Source of the DNA: Candidatus Bathyarchaeia archaeon
GTDB taxonomy: Archaea; Thermoproteota; Bathyarchaeia; 40CM-2-53-6
DNA: 64,000 nucleotides
Assembly (NCBI GenBank): GCA_050012795.1
Contig: JBEKGM010000005.1
Coordinates: 21,574 to 85,573 of the forward strand
Direction: 5' to 3'
Shown here: piece after piece, positions 17,520 through 27,355 of the stretch
Layout: each line of letters begins with the position of its first letter
Numbering within the stretch: the first letter of the stretch is position 1
Translations under genes and position numbers: made by a program
The notes under the pieces: generated by a model
Database searches by the model: none
What the model was told of the DNA's origin: nothing
The model's input: the letters and a program-made list of their open reading frames with translations, nothing else

Positions 17520-18638
17520 TTGGAAAACATCAGAGCGTCCAAAATAGATTCACCCGTCACGGACCTTACCGAAGTCGTCCTAGAAAGTAATCTACGCAAG
17601 ATAATGTCCGTGATGGCTGAAAAGCGAGTTCATGAAATCCTGATACCTGACAAAAATCGATGCGGGATGATTATGCTATCGGACACTTTGCGTGCCAGCA
17701 TGGAGACAAAGCCCGAAACATTGGTAACTCATATCCCGGTCATGACGATGGAAACCACAGTGGGCGAAGCTGCTCGCATAATGGCAGATTACAAGATCAG
17801 CACGGTCCCAGTTTCAGACGGGCGTAAGATAACGGGGCAGGTAACCAGCTTGAGTCTCCTCCAATTGTTGAAAGGGAATCTACCAGACCAGAGAATATCC
17901 TCGATCGCCAAGGAAAGCCCTCTAACTATGAACGAAGACGACTCTGCAGCGACAGCCCGAGAACTCTTGTCACGCAAGCGGATCAATAACATTCCCATAA
18001 AACAAGGAGACAAGCTAGTCGGGCTAGTAACATCAACCCAAATTCTCGGGGTGCTGCCGGCTCCTCAGCGGGTTAGTGCAAAGTCGAGAAGCCCAGAAAC
18101 CCGATCCGGCTTGGATTTCCCAGTGAAAGACATTATGGATCCTGACCCCTTGACGTGCCCGCCTCAGACCTCTGCAGAGGAATCGCTGAGCAGAATGCTG
18201 AGCCTTGACAAGACGTGCATACTAGTCGCTCAATGGGACGAACTGCAAGGCATTGCAACTCACGGAGACTTCATCACTCTCCTGGCGGAACCAGAGGAGA
18301 AACCAGAAATCCCAATTTACATCGTTGGTCTCCCTGACGATCCCTTTGAAGCAGAAGTAGCCAAGCAGAAATTCAAGCGAACAATTAATCAACTACACAA
18401 GGTTCTACCCCAGATCCTCGAGGCCAGATCTGTAATCAAGTCAACATCAAAAGCAGCAGGGAAGGAAAAAAGGCGGTATGAAGTAGCAGTGCACATCAAA
18501 ACTCCGAAGAACTCCCATAGTTACGCGGCGAGCGGTTGGGAACTTGCAGAAATCTATGACACAATCACAGACAGGCTTAAACGGTTACTATCACAGAAGG
18601 AGCGACGGAGAAAACAGTACGCCAGAGAAAGTGAGTAA
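17520..18638 (+). CDS. four-CBS-domain protein with C-terminal HPF/RaiA (ribosomal S30AE)-like domain
   Basis: Four CBS-like repeats lie in residues 1-255. The C-terminus IYIVG..FEAEVAKQKFKRTINQLHKVL..RSVIKS..RYEVAVHIKTPKNSHSYAASGWELAEIYDTITDRLKRLLSQKERRRK follows the beta-alpha-beta-beta-beta-alpha pattern of E. coli RaiA/HPF (compare ..[36 protein letters not shown]). Confidence 0.7.
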   Translation: MENIRASKIDSPVTDLTEVVLESNLRKIMSVMAEKRVHEILIPDKNRCGMIMLSDTLRASMETKPETLVTHIPVMTMETTVGEAARIMADYKISTVPVSDGRKITGQVTSLSLLQLLKGNLPDQRISSIAKESPLTMNEDDSAATARELLSRKRINNIPIKQGDKLVGLVTSTQILGVLPAPQRVSAKSRSPETRSGLDFPVKDIMDPDPLTCPPQTSAEESLSRMLSLDKTCILVAQWDELQGIATHGDFITLLAEPEEKPEIPIYIVGLPDDPFEAEVAKQKFKRTINQLHKVLPQILEARSVIKSTSKAAGKEKRRYEVAVHIKTPKNSHSYAASGWELAEIYDTITDRLKRLLSQKERRRKQYARESE

Positions 18639-18676
18639 GCTTCAAGATGGTCTGCTAGGAGGCGAGAAAAGAGAAG

Positions 18677-20698
18677 ATGCTACTACCAACACAGATGAGA
18701 CGAATCGAAATCATTGTTCCAAAGAGAAAATTCGAAGACGCCATGCTCTACCTTCGCGAATTGGGCATCGTCGAGTTGTTGGACGTAAAGGAGATGATCA
18801 AGGGATATGGCGAAGGTGTCTCCCCTACCGCAGTATCCGATCGTCTCTATCGGCTAACGACTCTTGAATCAAAGATAAACTCGATAATTACAGCTCTTGG
18901 ACTCATCTCGCTACCAGGAGTCCAACCTACAATTGTCGACGCCCGCATGTCTGATGAACAGATTGTGGAGTCAGAGCGAAAGATAGCTGAAATCGAACAG
19001 AAAGTTACGTCTACGACGAATGAAGCAGAGGCACTGAAATCTCTCATCAATTACGCCGAACGACAACTCAAGCTAAGTATCGAGGAAATTGCTAAAATCG
19101 AAAACGTAAACTCACCGGAAGGCCGCAACAAACTTGAGGAAATAGTGAGCGGCATCTTTCAAACTCTGAAACCGTCGGAACTGAAGTTTGCTGAACCATT
19201 GAGTCAACTGATTGAAGAGAAGGGACTTGAGGACGCCGTTGTAAATGACATAACTAACAACGTGGCAAAATTACTCTCAACCAAACGAAGTGAGAGCGCG
19301 ATAGCTGACGCGGTCACACAGACTCTCGGCTTGAAAATGAAAGCAATGGTCAGAAGCAAGCGACTTTCATACGAAGCCACAAGCCGAATCGAGGAGGCTA
19401 AGAAACGGCTATCAGAACTTAATCATGAGCTCGATGAGGTAAAACGAGCTGATGGACAGTATCTCTTAGTTCAGCGGGAGATCGTGGGAGCAGAGCGATC
19501 ATTTGAACAGGCGAAAGGGCTTTGTGGGAAAACCGAATCAACATACATGATCGAAGGCTGGATACCCACAGCAAAGGTTTCACCCGTCACTGCTCAATTG
19601 AAGAAGATGTGCGAGGACGAAGTGATAATTAGAAGTTGGCCGAGTAAGAATAGTCCAACGAGTCTTCATAACCCTAAGAGCGTCGCAATTTTCCAAAAAT
19701 TAACGGTGGGATTTGGCATCCCTAAGAGTGATGAAGTTGATCCTACCGTGCTATGGCTCATCACTTACCCGATTTTCTTCGGATTCATGTTCGGCGACGT
19801 CGGAAACGGGATTGTTGTCATAATAATCTCAAGCATCATTTACATGTACAAACGAAGAGGCCTGGTGATACCCGACATAGCCTACGGGGGCATGGGTGGA
19901 GTGTTCAACATGGTAATCCAGGGCTCCGGGCTTCTAATCTTCAGCGGCGCCGCTTCACTCGTAGTAGGATTCCTCTATGGCACAGTCTTCGGAAATCTAG
20001 AATGGTTCAGAATACTCACTGGTTTACCCGGACCCTTATGGTTCGAGCCATTCGACAACATTCGACTGATGCTCAGATTGTCCATCACAATCGGAGTGAT
20101 CCACATCATGTCAGGACTCATCCTGGACATTTTCAATAAAGCGTACGTCAAAGATTATCGTGAGTTAATCTCAGGTCCCCTCGTCTGGCTGTGGTTCTAC
20201 GGCGCATTTGGCATAACGCTGCTTCAATACGGACTCAGATTCCCCAACTACCTATTCAACCCAACCAACAGCGTCGACATTTTCCTGAGGATAGGAGTCC
20301 CCCTCATCGCAATGATCGCCCTCAAGGCGTGGGCTGAAGGGCCTATGGGAATGATGCATGCGTTCGAATCGTTACTTGCATCGTTATCGCATACCATATC
20401 GTACGTTCGAATTCTCGCCATGAAGCTAATTGAAGATGTCTTCTATCACCTCTTCAACGGTGTCCTAATTTTCTTCTTAGCATGGGCAACGGTGGCTGGT
20501 GACGTGATAGGGTACACCCTGTTTGGAGCATTGACGGTGGTCCTAATCTTCATCCTAGAAACCGCATTCGTCTTCATGCAATCGCTTCGACTCCACTGGG
20601 TCGAATGGTTCCTCAAGTTCTACTCAGGTAGCGGGACCGAGTTCAAACCGTACGCCGCAGATAGAACCTACACGAGAGTAAGGGCCGGAATCAACTGA
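18677..20698 (+). CDS. atpI: V/A-type ATP synthase subunit I (a-subunit)
   Basis: 673 aa with an N-terminal soluble coiled-coil domain (MRRIEIIVPKRKFEDAMLYLRELGIVEL) and C-terminal multi-TM region containing SYVRILAMKL and LRLHWVEWF motifs. Confidence 0.9.
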   Translation: MLLPTQMRRIEIIVPKRKFEDAMLYLRELGIVELLDVKEMIKGYGEGVSPTAVSDRLYRLTTLESKINSIITALGLISLPGVQPTIVDARMSDEQIVESERKIAEIEQKVTSTTNEAEALKSLINYAERQLKLSIEEIAKIENVNSPEGRNKLEEIVSGIFQTLKPSELKFAEPLSQLIEEKGLEDAVVNDITNNVAKLLSTKRSESAIADAVTQTLGLKMKAMVRSKRLSYEATSRIEEAKKRLSELNHELDEVKRADGQYLLVQREIVGAERSFEQAKGLCGKTESTYMIEGWIPTAKVSPVTAQLKKMCEDEVIIRSWPSKNSPTSLHNPKSVAIFQKLTVGFGIPKSDEVDPTVLWLITYPIFFGFMFGDVGNGIVVIIISSIIYMYKRRGLVIPDIAYGGMGGVFNMVIQGSGLLIFSGAASLVVGFLYGTVFGNLEWFRILTGLPGPLWFEPFDNIRLMLRLSITIGVIHIMSGLILDIFNKAYVKDYRELISGPLVWLWFYGAFGITLLQYGLRFPNYLFNPTNSVDIFLRIGVPLIAMIALKAWAEGPMGMMHAFESLLASLSHTISYVRILAMKLIEDVFYHLFNGVLIFFLAWATVAGDVIGYTLFGALTVVLIFILETAFVFMQSLRLHWVEWFLKFYSGSGTEFKPYAADRTYTRVRAGIN

Positions 20699-20781
20699 GC
20701 TAACGCCGTTAGTTTGAACAAACACCATGGCCTGTTTATATCCGGCCATGTCGCTTGCGTATCAGACAATGGCAGATTTCG

Positions 20782-22110
20782 ATGCTGGAAGAGACGAGCC
20801 ATCTTGATGCCCTGCAGACTCACCAGAGTACGGACGAGATTGTAGCTGACCTGCAAGAATATGGGCTTACCAGGAACGAAGCACGCGTACTCTTCTTCTT
20901 AGCAAAGAACGGTTTATCGAGAGCCAGCGGAGTTTCAAGAGCAGTCCAGATTAACCGCACGGAAACGTACAGAACGATCAGGAACCTTCAACATCGCGGC
21001 CTCGTAGAAGCTACACTCGAGAGGCCCGTAAAGTTTCAGTCCGCATCATTCGAAGAGTGTCTCCGAATTCTAATAGACGAGAGAAAAACAAGGCTCAAGA
21101 TTCTCGAACGCCGCGGCGAGGACCTCCGCCGAATGTTCGATACTCTGCGGTCGGAACCTGTCCGACAGGAAATAGAACGATTCCAAGTAATCGAGGGCAG
21201 GCCCAGGATTGAACAGAAGCTGCAATCAATGTATACACAATCCAAGAGATCAGTGATGACAGTCCTGTCATCGTCCGAGTTGCTACGAGCAGACATTTCA
21301 GGCCTCTTTGATCCGCTTGAAGAATCCAATCGAACGAAAGTCAAAGTTAGAGCAATTACGTCAATAGATCACTCAAGTCTTGGCGTCGTTGAAAAATTAC
21401 CTGAAACGATTGAAGTGAGGCATCTTGATCTTAAGGCGCGGCCTGTTCCTCGAGTCACAATAATTGATGATTCGGAAGCTCTTTTTGAGATCACGACAGA
21501 TGAGGCACGGCGCAACGAGCAGGTGGCACTATGGATAAACAGCCGTCCCTTCGTAGGGAATCTTCAAGCATACTTCGAGGAAATGTGGACCTCTGGAACT
21601 CCGGCAAGTGGAAGAATCGAAGCACTGAAGAAAGGGATAGACTCCGATGATCTCAGAATCTACAAAGGCAGAAATGACGTAGCGCGCCAATTCAGCAGCA
21701 TGATTGAGAATTCTAGACAAAGCGTTGAAATCTGGACGACTATGCGCGGTATACAAGCGCTTGCCGATTTCAACTTCGCACAACTTGAGGAAGCGAAGGG
21801 TAGAGGCGTGAAGACTCGTGTTATCGCTCCAATCACGAGCGAGAATACGGAGGGGGCACGTAAACTAGTACCTGTCTCTGAACTCCGTTATTCTGAAGCG
21901 CTTGGACCTGCCGGGATCATCATCGTTGACCAACGCGAACTCATGCTATACGAAAGACTCCCAGACGATAATAACGCGGAGATTGGAGCTGACGTAGGAT
22001 TCTGGACCAATAGCAGACGCTTCATAGAGACTATGAGCAGAGCCTACGACGCACTCTGGAAAGGAGTATTTGCCATATATCCATCTAAACGTCGCGGACT
22101 CCACGGATAA
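20782..22110 (+). CDS. TrmB family transcriptional regulator
   Basis: N-terminal wHTH LQEYGLTRNEARVLFFLAKNGLSRASGVSRAVQINRTETYRTIRNLQHRGLVE followed by a long C-terminal TrmB-like effector region. Confidence 0.75.
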   Translation: MLEETSHLDALQTHQSTDEIVADLQEYGLTRNEARVLFFLAKNGLSRASGVSRAVQINRTETYRTIRNLQHRGLVEATLERPVKFQSASFEECLRILIDERKTRLKILERRGEDLRRMFDTLRSEPVRQEIERFQVIEGRPRIEQKLQSMYTQSKRSVMTVLSSSELLRADISGLFDPLEESNRTKVKVRAITSIDHSSLGVVEKLPETIEVRHLDLKARPVPRVTIIDDSEALFEITTDEARRNEQVALWINSRPFVGNLQAYFEEMWTSGTPASGRIEALKKGIDSDDLRIYKGRNDVARQFSSMIENSRQSVEIWTTMRGIQALADFNFAQLEEAKGRGVKTRVIAPITSENTEGARKLVPVSELRYSEALGPAGIIIVDQRELMLYERLPDDNNAEIGADVGFWTNSRRFIETMSRAYDALWKGVFAIYPSKRRGLHG

Positions 22111-22149
22111 GATTAGAGGCACGAGAGTCAACCAAACGAGGCGCACTCC

Positions 22150-22981
22150 GTGACCCCTAGAATTGGCTGCATGCTACCTACTGACACAACCTTCAGCCGC
22201 CTTGTCGAAATCACTCAGAACTGCGAGCGACTCGGCTACGACAGCATATGGGTATTAGATCATCTGGCCCCGTACTGGCTCAAGTCTGCTGCTAGTCTGG
22301 AATGCTGGACGACACTTGCTTCACTTGCTGCTCATACTCAGGATATCAAACTGGGCAGCTTGGTAGCAAACGCGAACCTGCGTCACCCCTCTCTCTTAGC
22401 CAAGATCACAAGCTCTCGATAACATCAGTCATGGACGCGTCATCTTGGGAATCGGTGCAGGAGACAGACTAAGCAAACAAGAATTGACCTCTTTCGGCTA
22501 TCAATACGAAACTATCGATGAGAGAGTGATACGTCTTTGTGAGACTATTCAAATTCTAAAGGGGCTCTGGAGTTCGGACGATTTTTCATTCATAGGCAGA
22601 CGCTTCCGCATCTCGCACGCAAGGCTTGAGCCTAAGCCTACTCAGCATCACTTACCGATTTGGATAGGCGGAAAACATCATAGGTTGCTGGATCTTGTTG
22701 CAGAATTAGCGGATGGCTGGAACTATTGGAATATCGATCGACGGCAACTGGTAAGTAAAACGAACTACTTGCGGAAAAGATGTGCGCGCTCGCACCGTTC
22801 GTTTAATCAAATACTTAAGTCATGGTCGGGGACGATTCCACGAAACTACTCAACGAACGAGCTTGTTGACTACTTGAAGACGCGATCGGTCGCGAAAACT
22901 GAATATTTCATCGGATATTTCGGCAAGTATACGAGGCGGGAGCTCCTGGAGGAGTTCGCCGACGTCGTGCACAAGCTATAA
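22150..22981 (+). pseudogene. LLM-class (luciferase-like, F420/flavin-dependent) oxidoreductase, frameshifted
   Basis: ORF1 (22150-22422) ends ...RHPSLLAKITSSR*. The adjacent frame, open from 22400, reads ..QALDNISHGRVILGIGAGDRL and continues as ORF2. Together they reconstitute the LLM pattern LAK.a.tLD.lS.GR..LGiGAG ... IWIGG ... ADGWN. Confidence 0.75.
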
Positions 22982-23090
22982 TCCGTTCACGCAAACTGAC
23001 AAAGACGCAGCCTCCATAATTACCACCAGCAAGCTATGTACCAAGCAAATAAGTAAGTGACACCCCCACAAAGAGCAGGGGCCTGTCTCG

Positions 23091-24101
23091 ATGAAACGCT
23101 CAATGAAGCTTTTCGAGCGTTTGCTGGACACCGACGTCAAGGCTGACTTACTGACGCTATTTCACAACAACTCTAACCTGTCTGAAACATCCGAAGGGCT
23201 CGCTAGAAGAATTGGCAGGAATCCCACAGAGGTGCGTCGCGAGCTTGATGATCTGGTCGAGCTGGGCATTCTAAGAAAGGTGGAAATGTACTCTTTTGGC
23301 GTTGACAGAGACATGGAAATTCAGGACGCAATCTCTAAGCAACTAGCTCTTGGAGAGATATCAGACAGCCAATTCGAAGTTGAGCGAATTGCAACTCTCC
23401 CTAAGATATCAACAGGCCTTGAGGTGCTGGATAGAGTCTTGCCCAGTGGAATGCCCCAAGTCAGCACGGTTTTAATTCTTAATGATCCTGGGTCCGGTGA
23501 AGAAAGCATTATCGCCCATTTCGTAAGCAAACAGGTCCAGGAAGAAAAATCCACAATCTATGTGACGCTGGATAACTTTCCGGCGAATATTCGGCAGATT
23601 GCACAGACGCAGATTAGTAAGGAAAATGTGGATTGGTCTTCACTGATGTTCGTTGACTGTTATTCCAAGACGGTTGGTGTGGAGAGCGACGAGCCGCACA
23701 TCGAGGATCCGGAGAATTTGTCAGCCATCAGCATAGCAATATCTGACATAATGAACAAGAAATCGATTTCTCTCATCGTCCTCGATTCGTTCAATACGCT
23801 TATTCGAAAGAGAGGCGTACGGTCCGCGATTGAATTTCTGCGCGTCATCGTTGCGCGCGCTCGTCAGGCCAAATGCTTATGCCTGGTCACCATGAACCGT
23901 AAGGCGTTTCATCCGGCCATGATTGCTTCTGCCCAAGATGTTGTCGACGGAGTGATCGAATTGAAGATTGAGGAGGGAACTGAAGGAATAGCACGTTCAC
24001 TGAGAATCCTCAAGATGGTGGGCACAAAACATGTCACGGCCTGGACGCCCTATGACATATCCGACGAGGGTAAGTTCGTTTCAGCCAAGACAACCTCGTA
24101 A
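23091..24101 (+). CDS. wHTH plus KaiC/RecA-superfamily domain protein with degenerate Walker A
   Basis: N-terminal wHTH-like region (LARRIGRNPTEVRRELDDLVELGILRKV). The KaiC-like core is ISTGLEVLDRVLPSG.P..STVLILNDPGSGEES ... LIVLDSFNTL ... DGVIELK...LRILKMVGTKH. The P-loop reads GSGEES instead of GxGKT/S. Confidence 0.7.
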   Translation: MKRSMKLFERLLDTDVKADLLTLFHNNSNLSETSEGLARRIGRNPTEVRRELDDLVELGILRKVEMYSFGVDRDMEIQDAISKQLALGEISDSQFEVERIATLPKISTGLEVLDRVLPSGMPQVSTVLILNDPGSGEESIIAHFVSKQVQEEKSTIYVTLDNFPANIRQIAQTQISKENVDWSSLMFVDCYSKTVGVESDEPHIEDPENLSAISIAISDIMNKKSISLIVLDSFNTLIRKRGVRSAIEFLRVIVARARQAKCLCLVTMNRKAFHPAMIASAQDVVDGVIELKIEEGTEGIARSLRILKMVGTKHVTAWTPYDISDEGKFVSAKTTS

Positions 24102-24112
24102 GGTAAATGACG

Positions 24113-25225
24113 TTATCCTAATTCCTTCAGTTTGGCTGGGAGATACTTGTCAACTATATACGCAAGTCCGTAGCGACTGAAAGCTTCCTGCTCTGCCTTT
24201 CTCTTGATTTTCAGAAAAGTTGCAATCTCTCGCTTCCAAAGCTTACCGTCGTACCGCGGGTCCTTTTCTAATTCGTAGAGTCGCTTGATGTCGAGATCGG
24301 TAAGGGGGTCGCTAGGGAGCTTGTAGTTCACTATATCTGAAGCCCAGACTCCAGCCCATTTGGCGTCAGGAGTATTCAGGTCTCTGAGATGAGCAGCATT
24401 AGCGGATCCGGCGATGATGACGTTTGCAATGTGCATTCCCCAGGGGTCAGCGTCGCAGAATATGTAGACTGGCAGTTTCAGTTCCTTGTTCATTCGGCGT
24501 ATTAGTCCGCGTGTAGCTCGAGGAGCCTGGCCTGCAGTGTGAATTAGCAAAGCCTTGTACTTCTCATGAACCCTTTCTTCAATGAACCGGGTGAATAAGC
24601 CTCCCTTCTCGATCGCAATGATTTTGTCAGCTTTGCATTCAACAAATTCGGAGTTCGTTAATGCTGGGCCAATCATCATTCCATCAGGATGCGAAGATAG
24701 ATTGAGCGTCTTTCCTTCGTAGCCTGGAACAGTGTATTGTATGGTGAGGTCCCCGAATATTGCGCTGCGTTCTTCTGGAAAGACGTTGAAGTCCTCCCGC
24801 GGGTGTCCAAGCACTGTCTCAAGATCAGTGATTATGTCATCGCTTTCCGCTTGGTCGGAAAAACTCATCTCGTAGGCTTGTGCAGAATAGAAGACGTCTC
24901 GTAAAGTGGACGTCTTCGCTTCCCGTGTGAGTTCATCGACGAACGATCCGGTCCACACAAGCTGCGTTAATGGTCTTACGTGTCTTATGTTTCGTGCACT
25001 TCTTCGTACGAAATGATCACCTAGGATATATTGCCTAGTGCCTTGATCGTATCGGATGTTCGTGATTGATCGGCTGGGCATCCTGATGGATGGCCATTGC
25101 TTTTGAGATAGTTGCGTGTAGATTTGTTCGCCTAACCCTTTGAGACTTGACAGTACTGTGACTCGTTTCTGCTCAACCCGGTTAGGCGACTTACTCGTCG
25201 TCTTGGTCTTCAATTTCTTCTTCAT
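24113..25225 (-). CDS. top6A: DNA topoisomerase VI subunit A (Spo11-like)
   Basis: 370 aa, with the TLRDVFY catalytic-Tyr region and a Toprim region (IAIEKGG, IFCDADPWG). Confidence 0.9.
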   Translation of the reverse strand: MKKKLKTKTTSKSPNRVEQKRVTVLSSLKGLGEQIYTQLSQKQWPSIRMPSRSITNIRYDQGTRQYILGDHFVRRSARNIRHVRPLTQLVWTGSFVDELTREAKTSTLRDVFYSAQAYEMSFSDQAESDDIITDLETVLGHPREDFNVFPEERSAIFGDLTIQYTVPGYEGKTLNLSSHPDGMMIGPALTNSEFVECKADKIIAIEKGGLFTRFIEERVHEKYKALLIHTAGQAPRATRGLIRRMNKELKLPVYIFCDADPWGMHIANVIIAGSANAAHLRDLNTPDAKWAGVWASDIVNYKLPSDPLTDLDIKRLYELEKDPRYDGKLWKREIATFLKIKRKAEQEAFSRYGLAYIVDKYLPAKLKELG

Positions 25226-26735
25226 GTGTCAAGACACTCTTGAGCATCGGGCTAACATCGGGCGGCTTACTTTTCTTCGCGAGTTTCGCTGAGAAGATAG
25301 CTATCTTGGGTAGATACTTTTGGAACACGTCTAGTCTACGCTTATCGTGTGCCAGGTTTATTTTCTTTGAAAGGAATAGGGATAACCGTCTGGCTACTTC
25401 TCTGACGGCATTTAGGATTTCTCTTTCAATGTCTGGACGGTCTGCAATGAATTCCTTTCCAACAGTCTTGTATGGAACTTTTGTGGAGCAGATATGAACG
25501 AAAACAGCAATTGGCATATCGACTGTAGCTTTGTAGTGTCGCCAATCAACTTCAGTGTTAACAACTTTCCATGAGACGTCACTTGCCTCATCAAAGAGCA
25601 ACGGGATCTTGTTTGCGAATCGGTAAAGTCTGATGCCGCTTCCAGCCTGAATTTGGCCACCATAAGCCACTCCAACTTCTACGATGAACGGAAATCCAGC
25701 ATAAGCAGACGGCTTCCGTTGATACACAGCCACAAACTCTGGAGAGAGCTCCTTCCTGATGCCCGCTTCGAGTAATTCCTCTCCTAGAGGAGATAGGCAG
25801 CTTGCGTCAGGTGCCAAGAATTTGTAGTTCTTCATTCCGTTAACAATTTGGACAATCTCCTCCGCAGAGAGCTTCTTCGGATTCTTCTTAGTCGAAATGT
25901 TGACTTGTGACAGAAATGAAGTCGCGATCGTCTTGCCGACTCTGTGAAAATGGGACTTTAGAAACGATACCAGAGTCCGTTCCTTCGTAAATTCGATCAG
26001 GCGCCTCATTGTTTCAACGTCGACACCATATGGGTGAGGAAGTGTTTCCTGCGGTGGCTTAGGCATTTGCATAGTCGCTCGATCAAACCGGTAAAATCGT
26101 CCTCTGGGATCAACATAGGTTATCGTTGCATATGGCGCAACGATTGCCGTCTGCATTAGGTAATCAAGGATCTTTGGCATGGCACGAGTGTAGTCAGCTT
26201 CAGTCGCGAAGTCAATTACTGTTCCATGCCATCGATCGTCATTTGGAAGAGTCTTGTGACTCAGGATCATGGGTTTGTTCTTTTGAATGTCAATTGTGAT
26301 TTCATAATGGTGAATCTTATTGGGGCCAGTGCTGGACATGATGCTGGCTTTTCCGTGTGTAGTGATTTGTCCGTATAATATGGCCATCTTGCCACCTAGG
26401 CCAAATGTTCCTCTGGTCTGTCGCAACTTGTACTTGGAACCGAAGAGTACCTGCCCGAATGCTGAGGGAATGATATCGTAAGGGATACCTATTCCATTAT
26501 CTTCAATGTGAATTCGGTATACTCCAGGACCGTCGGTGGGTCCTGATTCATGTGAAATCCTCAGGTAAATCTCAGGAGGAATTTCACGAGTCTCGCACGC
26601 GTCTAATGCATTCTCTACCAGTTCGCGGACGGTTGAGTATATTGCGCGAGTTGGGTTTGTGAATCCTGCGATGTCCCTGTTTCGATAGAAGAAGTCAGCT
26701 GCTGAGATCTCCTGGAAAACTTCTTGAAGCGACAT
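25191..26735 (-). CDS. top6B: DNA topoisomerase VI subunit B (GHKL ATPase)
   Basis: AADFFYRNRDIAGF.NP.RA.Y.TVRELVENALDA (Bergerat fold N-box) and DNGIGIP. Confidence 0.9.
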   Translation of the reverse strand: MSLQEVFQEISAADFFYRNRDIAGFTNPTRAIYSTVRELVENALDACETREIPPEIYLRISHESGPTDGPGVYRIHIEDNGIGIPYDIIPSAFGQVLFGSKYKLRQTRGTFGLGGKMAILYGQITTHGKASIMSSTGPNKIHHYEITIDIQKNKPMILSHKTLPNDDRWHGTVIDFATEADYTRAMPKILDYLMQTAIVAPYATITYVDPRGRFYRFDRATMQMPKPPQETLPHPYGVDVETMRRLIEFTKERTLVSFLKSHFHRVGKTIATSFLSQVNISTKKNPKKLSAEEIVQIVNGMKNYKFLAPDASCLSPLGEELLEAGIRKELSPEFVAVYQRKPSAYAGFPFIVEVGVAYGGQIQAGSGIRLYRFANKIPLLFDEASDVSWKVVNTEVDWRHYKATVDMPIAVFVHICSTKVPYKTVGKEFIADRPDIEREILNAVREVARRLSLFLSKKINLAHDKRRLDVFQKYLPKIAIFSAKLAKKSKPPDVSPMLKSVLTHEEEIEDQDDE

Positions 26736-26782
26736 CTGTGTTCGCCTATGTGAGAGGTTGTAATCGCTGACGTGATACGCGG

Positions 26783-27355
26783 CTACATGGGGGGTTTCTG
26801 CCAGAGTTCAAGGGTTTCTCTCTTCTTGCTTTCGCTCTTTATCTTTCTAAGTAATTTGTACACTGTGGAATGTTGTTTCCCTTTAAGAAGTAGTTCTATT
26901 GCTTCTCTTGCAGCAGTCACTGTTTCAAATTCGCCCAGCATCGAAATTGTATGCCCGTAAACGGAGACTTGAGCATTTGTCATTTCCTCTATTAGCCTTC
27001 GGATCTTTCCCTCACGACCGATCACGCGTCCTTTCAATCTGGCAATGTCTCGCTCGTTCCTTCCGAATGTTTCACGAAGATCGATGACATCTAGCACGAT
27101 ATCATCGTCAGTTAATTTGAGGGCTCGTTGCGGTGAGAAGCCTCGAGCAATAGCTACGACGACGTCCCTGGCTCGAAGGATTGTTGTCGGGTCGTCGGAA
27201 GCTGCAGCTGGAACAATATCCACAATACCATTTTCGCTCTCGATTACGAGCTGAGCCTTGAAGGCCTCTTCTATTTTGCTCTTAGTTGAGCCTTCCTTAC
27301 CAATTAGAACACCAAGCCTATCCAAAGGAATCGTGGTGCTGACTTTAGTTTCCAT
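26783..27355 (-). CDS. KH-domain RNA-binding protein (Dim2/Pno1-like)
   Basis: Two KH-like modules (LGVLIGKEGSTKSKIE; VIGREGKIRRLIE). It sits in the conserved archaeal aIF1A-Rio1-KH neighbourhood. Confidence 0.8.
   Translation of the reverse strand: METKVSTTIPLDRLGVLIGKEGSTKSKIEEAFKAQLVIESENGIVDIVPAAASDDPTTILRARDVVVAIARGFSPQRALKLTDDDIVLDVIDLRETFGRNERDIARLKGRVIGREGKIRRLIEEMTNAQVSVYGHTISMLGEFETVTAAREAIELLLKGKQHSTVYKLLRKIKSESKKRETLELWQKPPM

Noticed and set aside
19753-20139. 128-aa His/Arg-rich alternate-frame ORF inside atpI
   Set aside because: It overlaps the conserved transmembrane region of subunit I in another frame and has an implausible composition.
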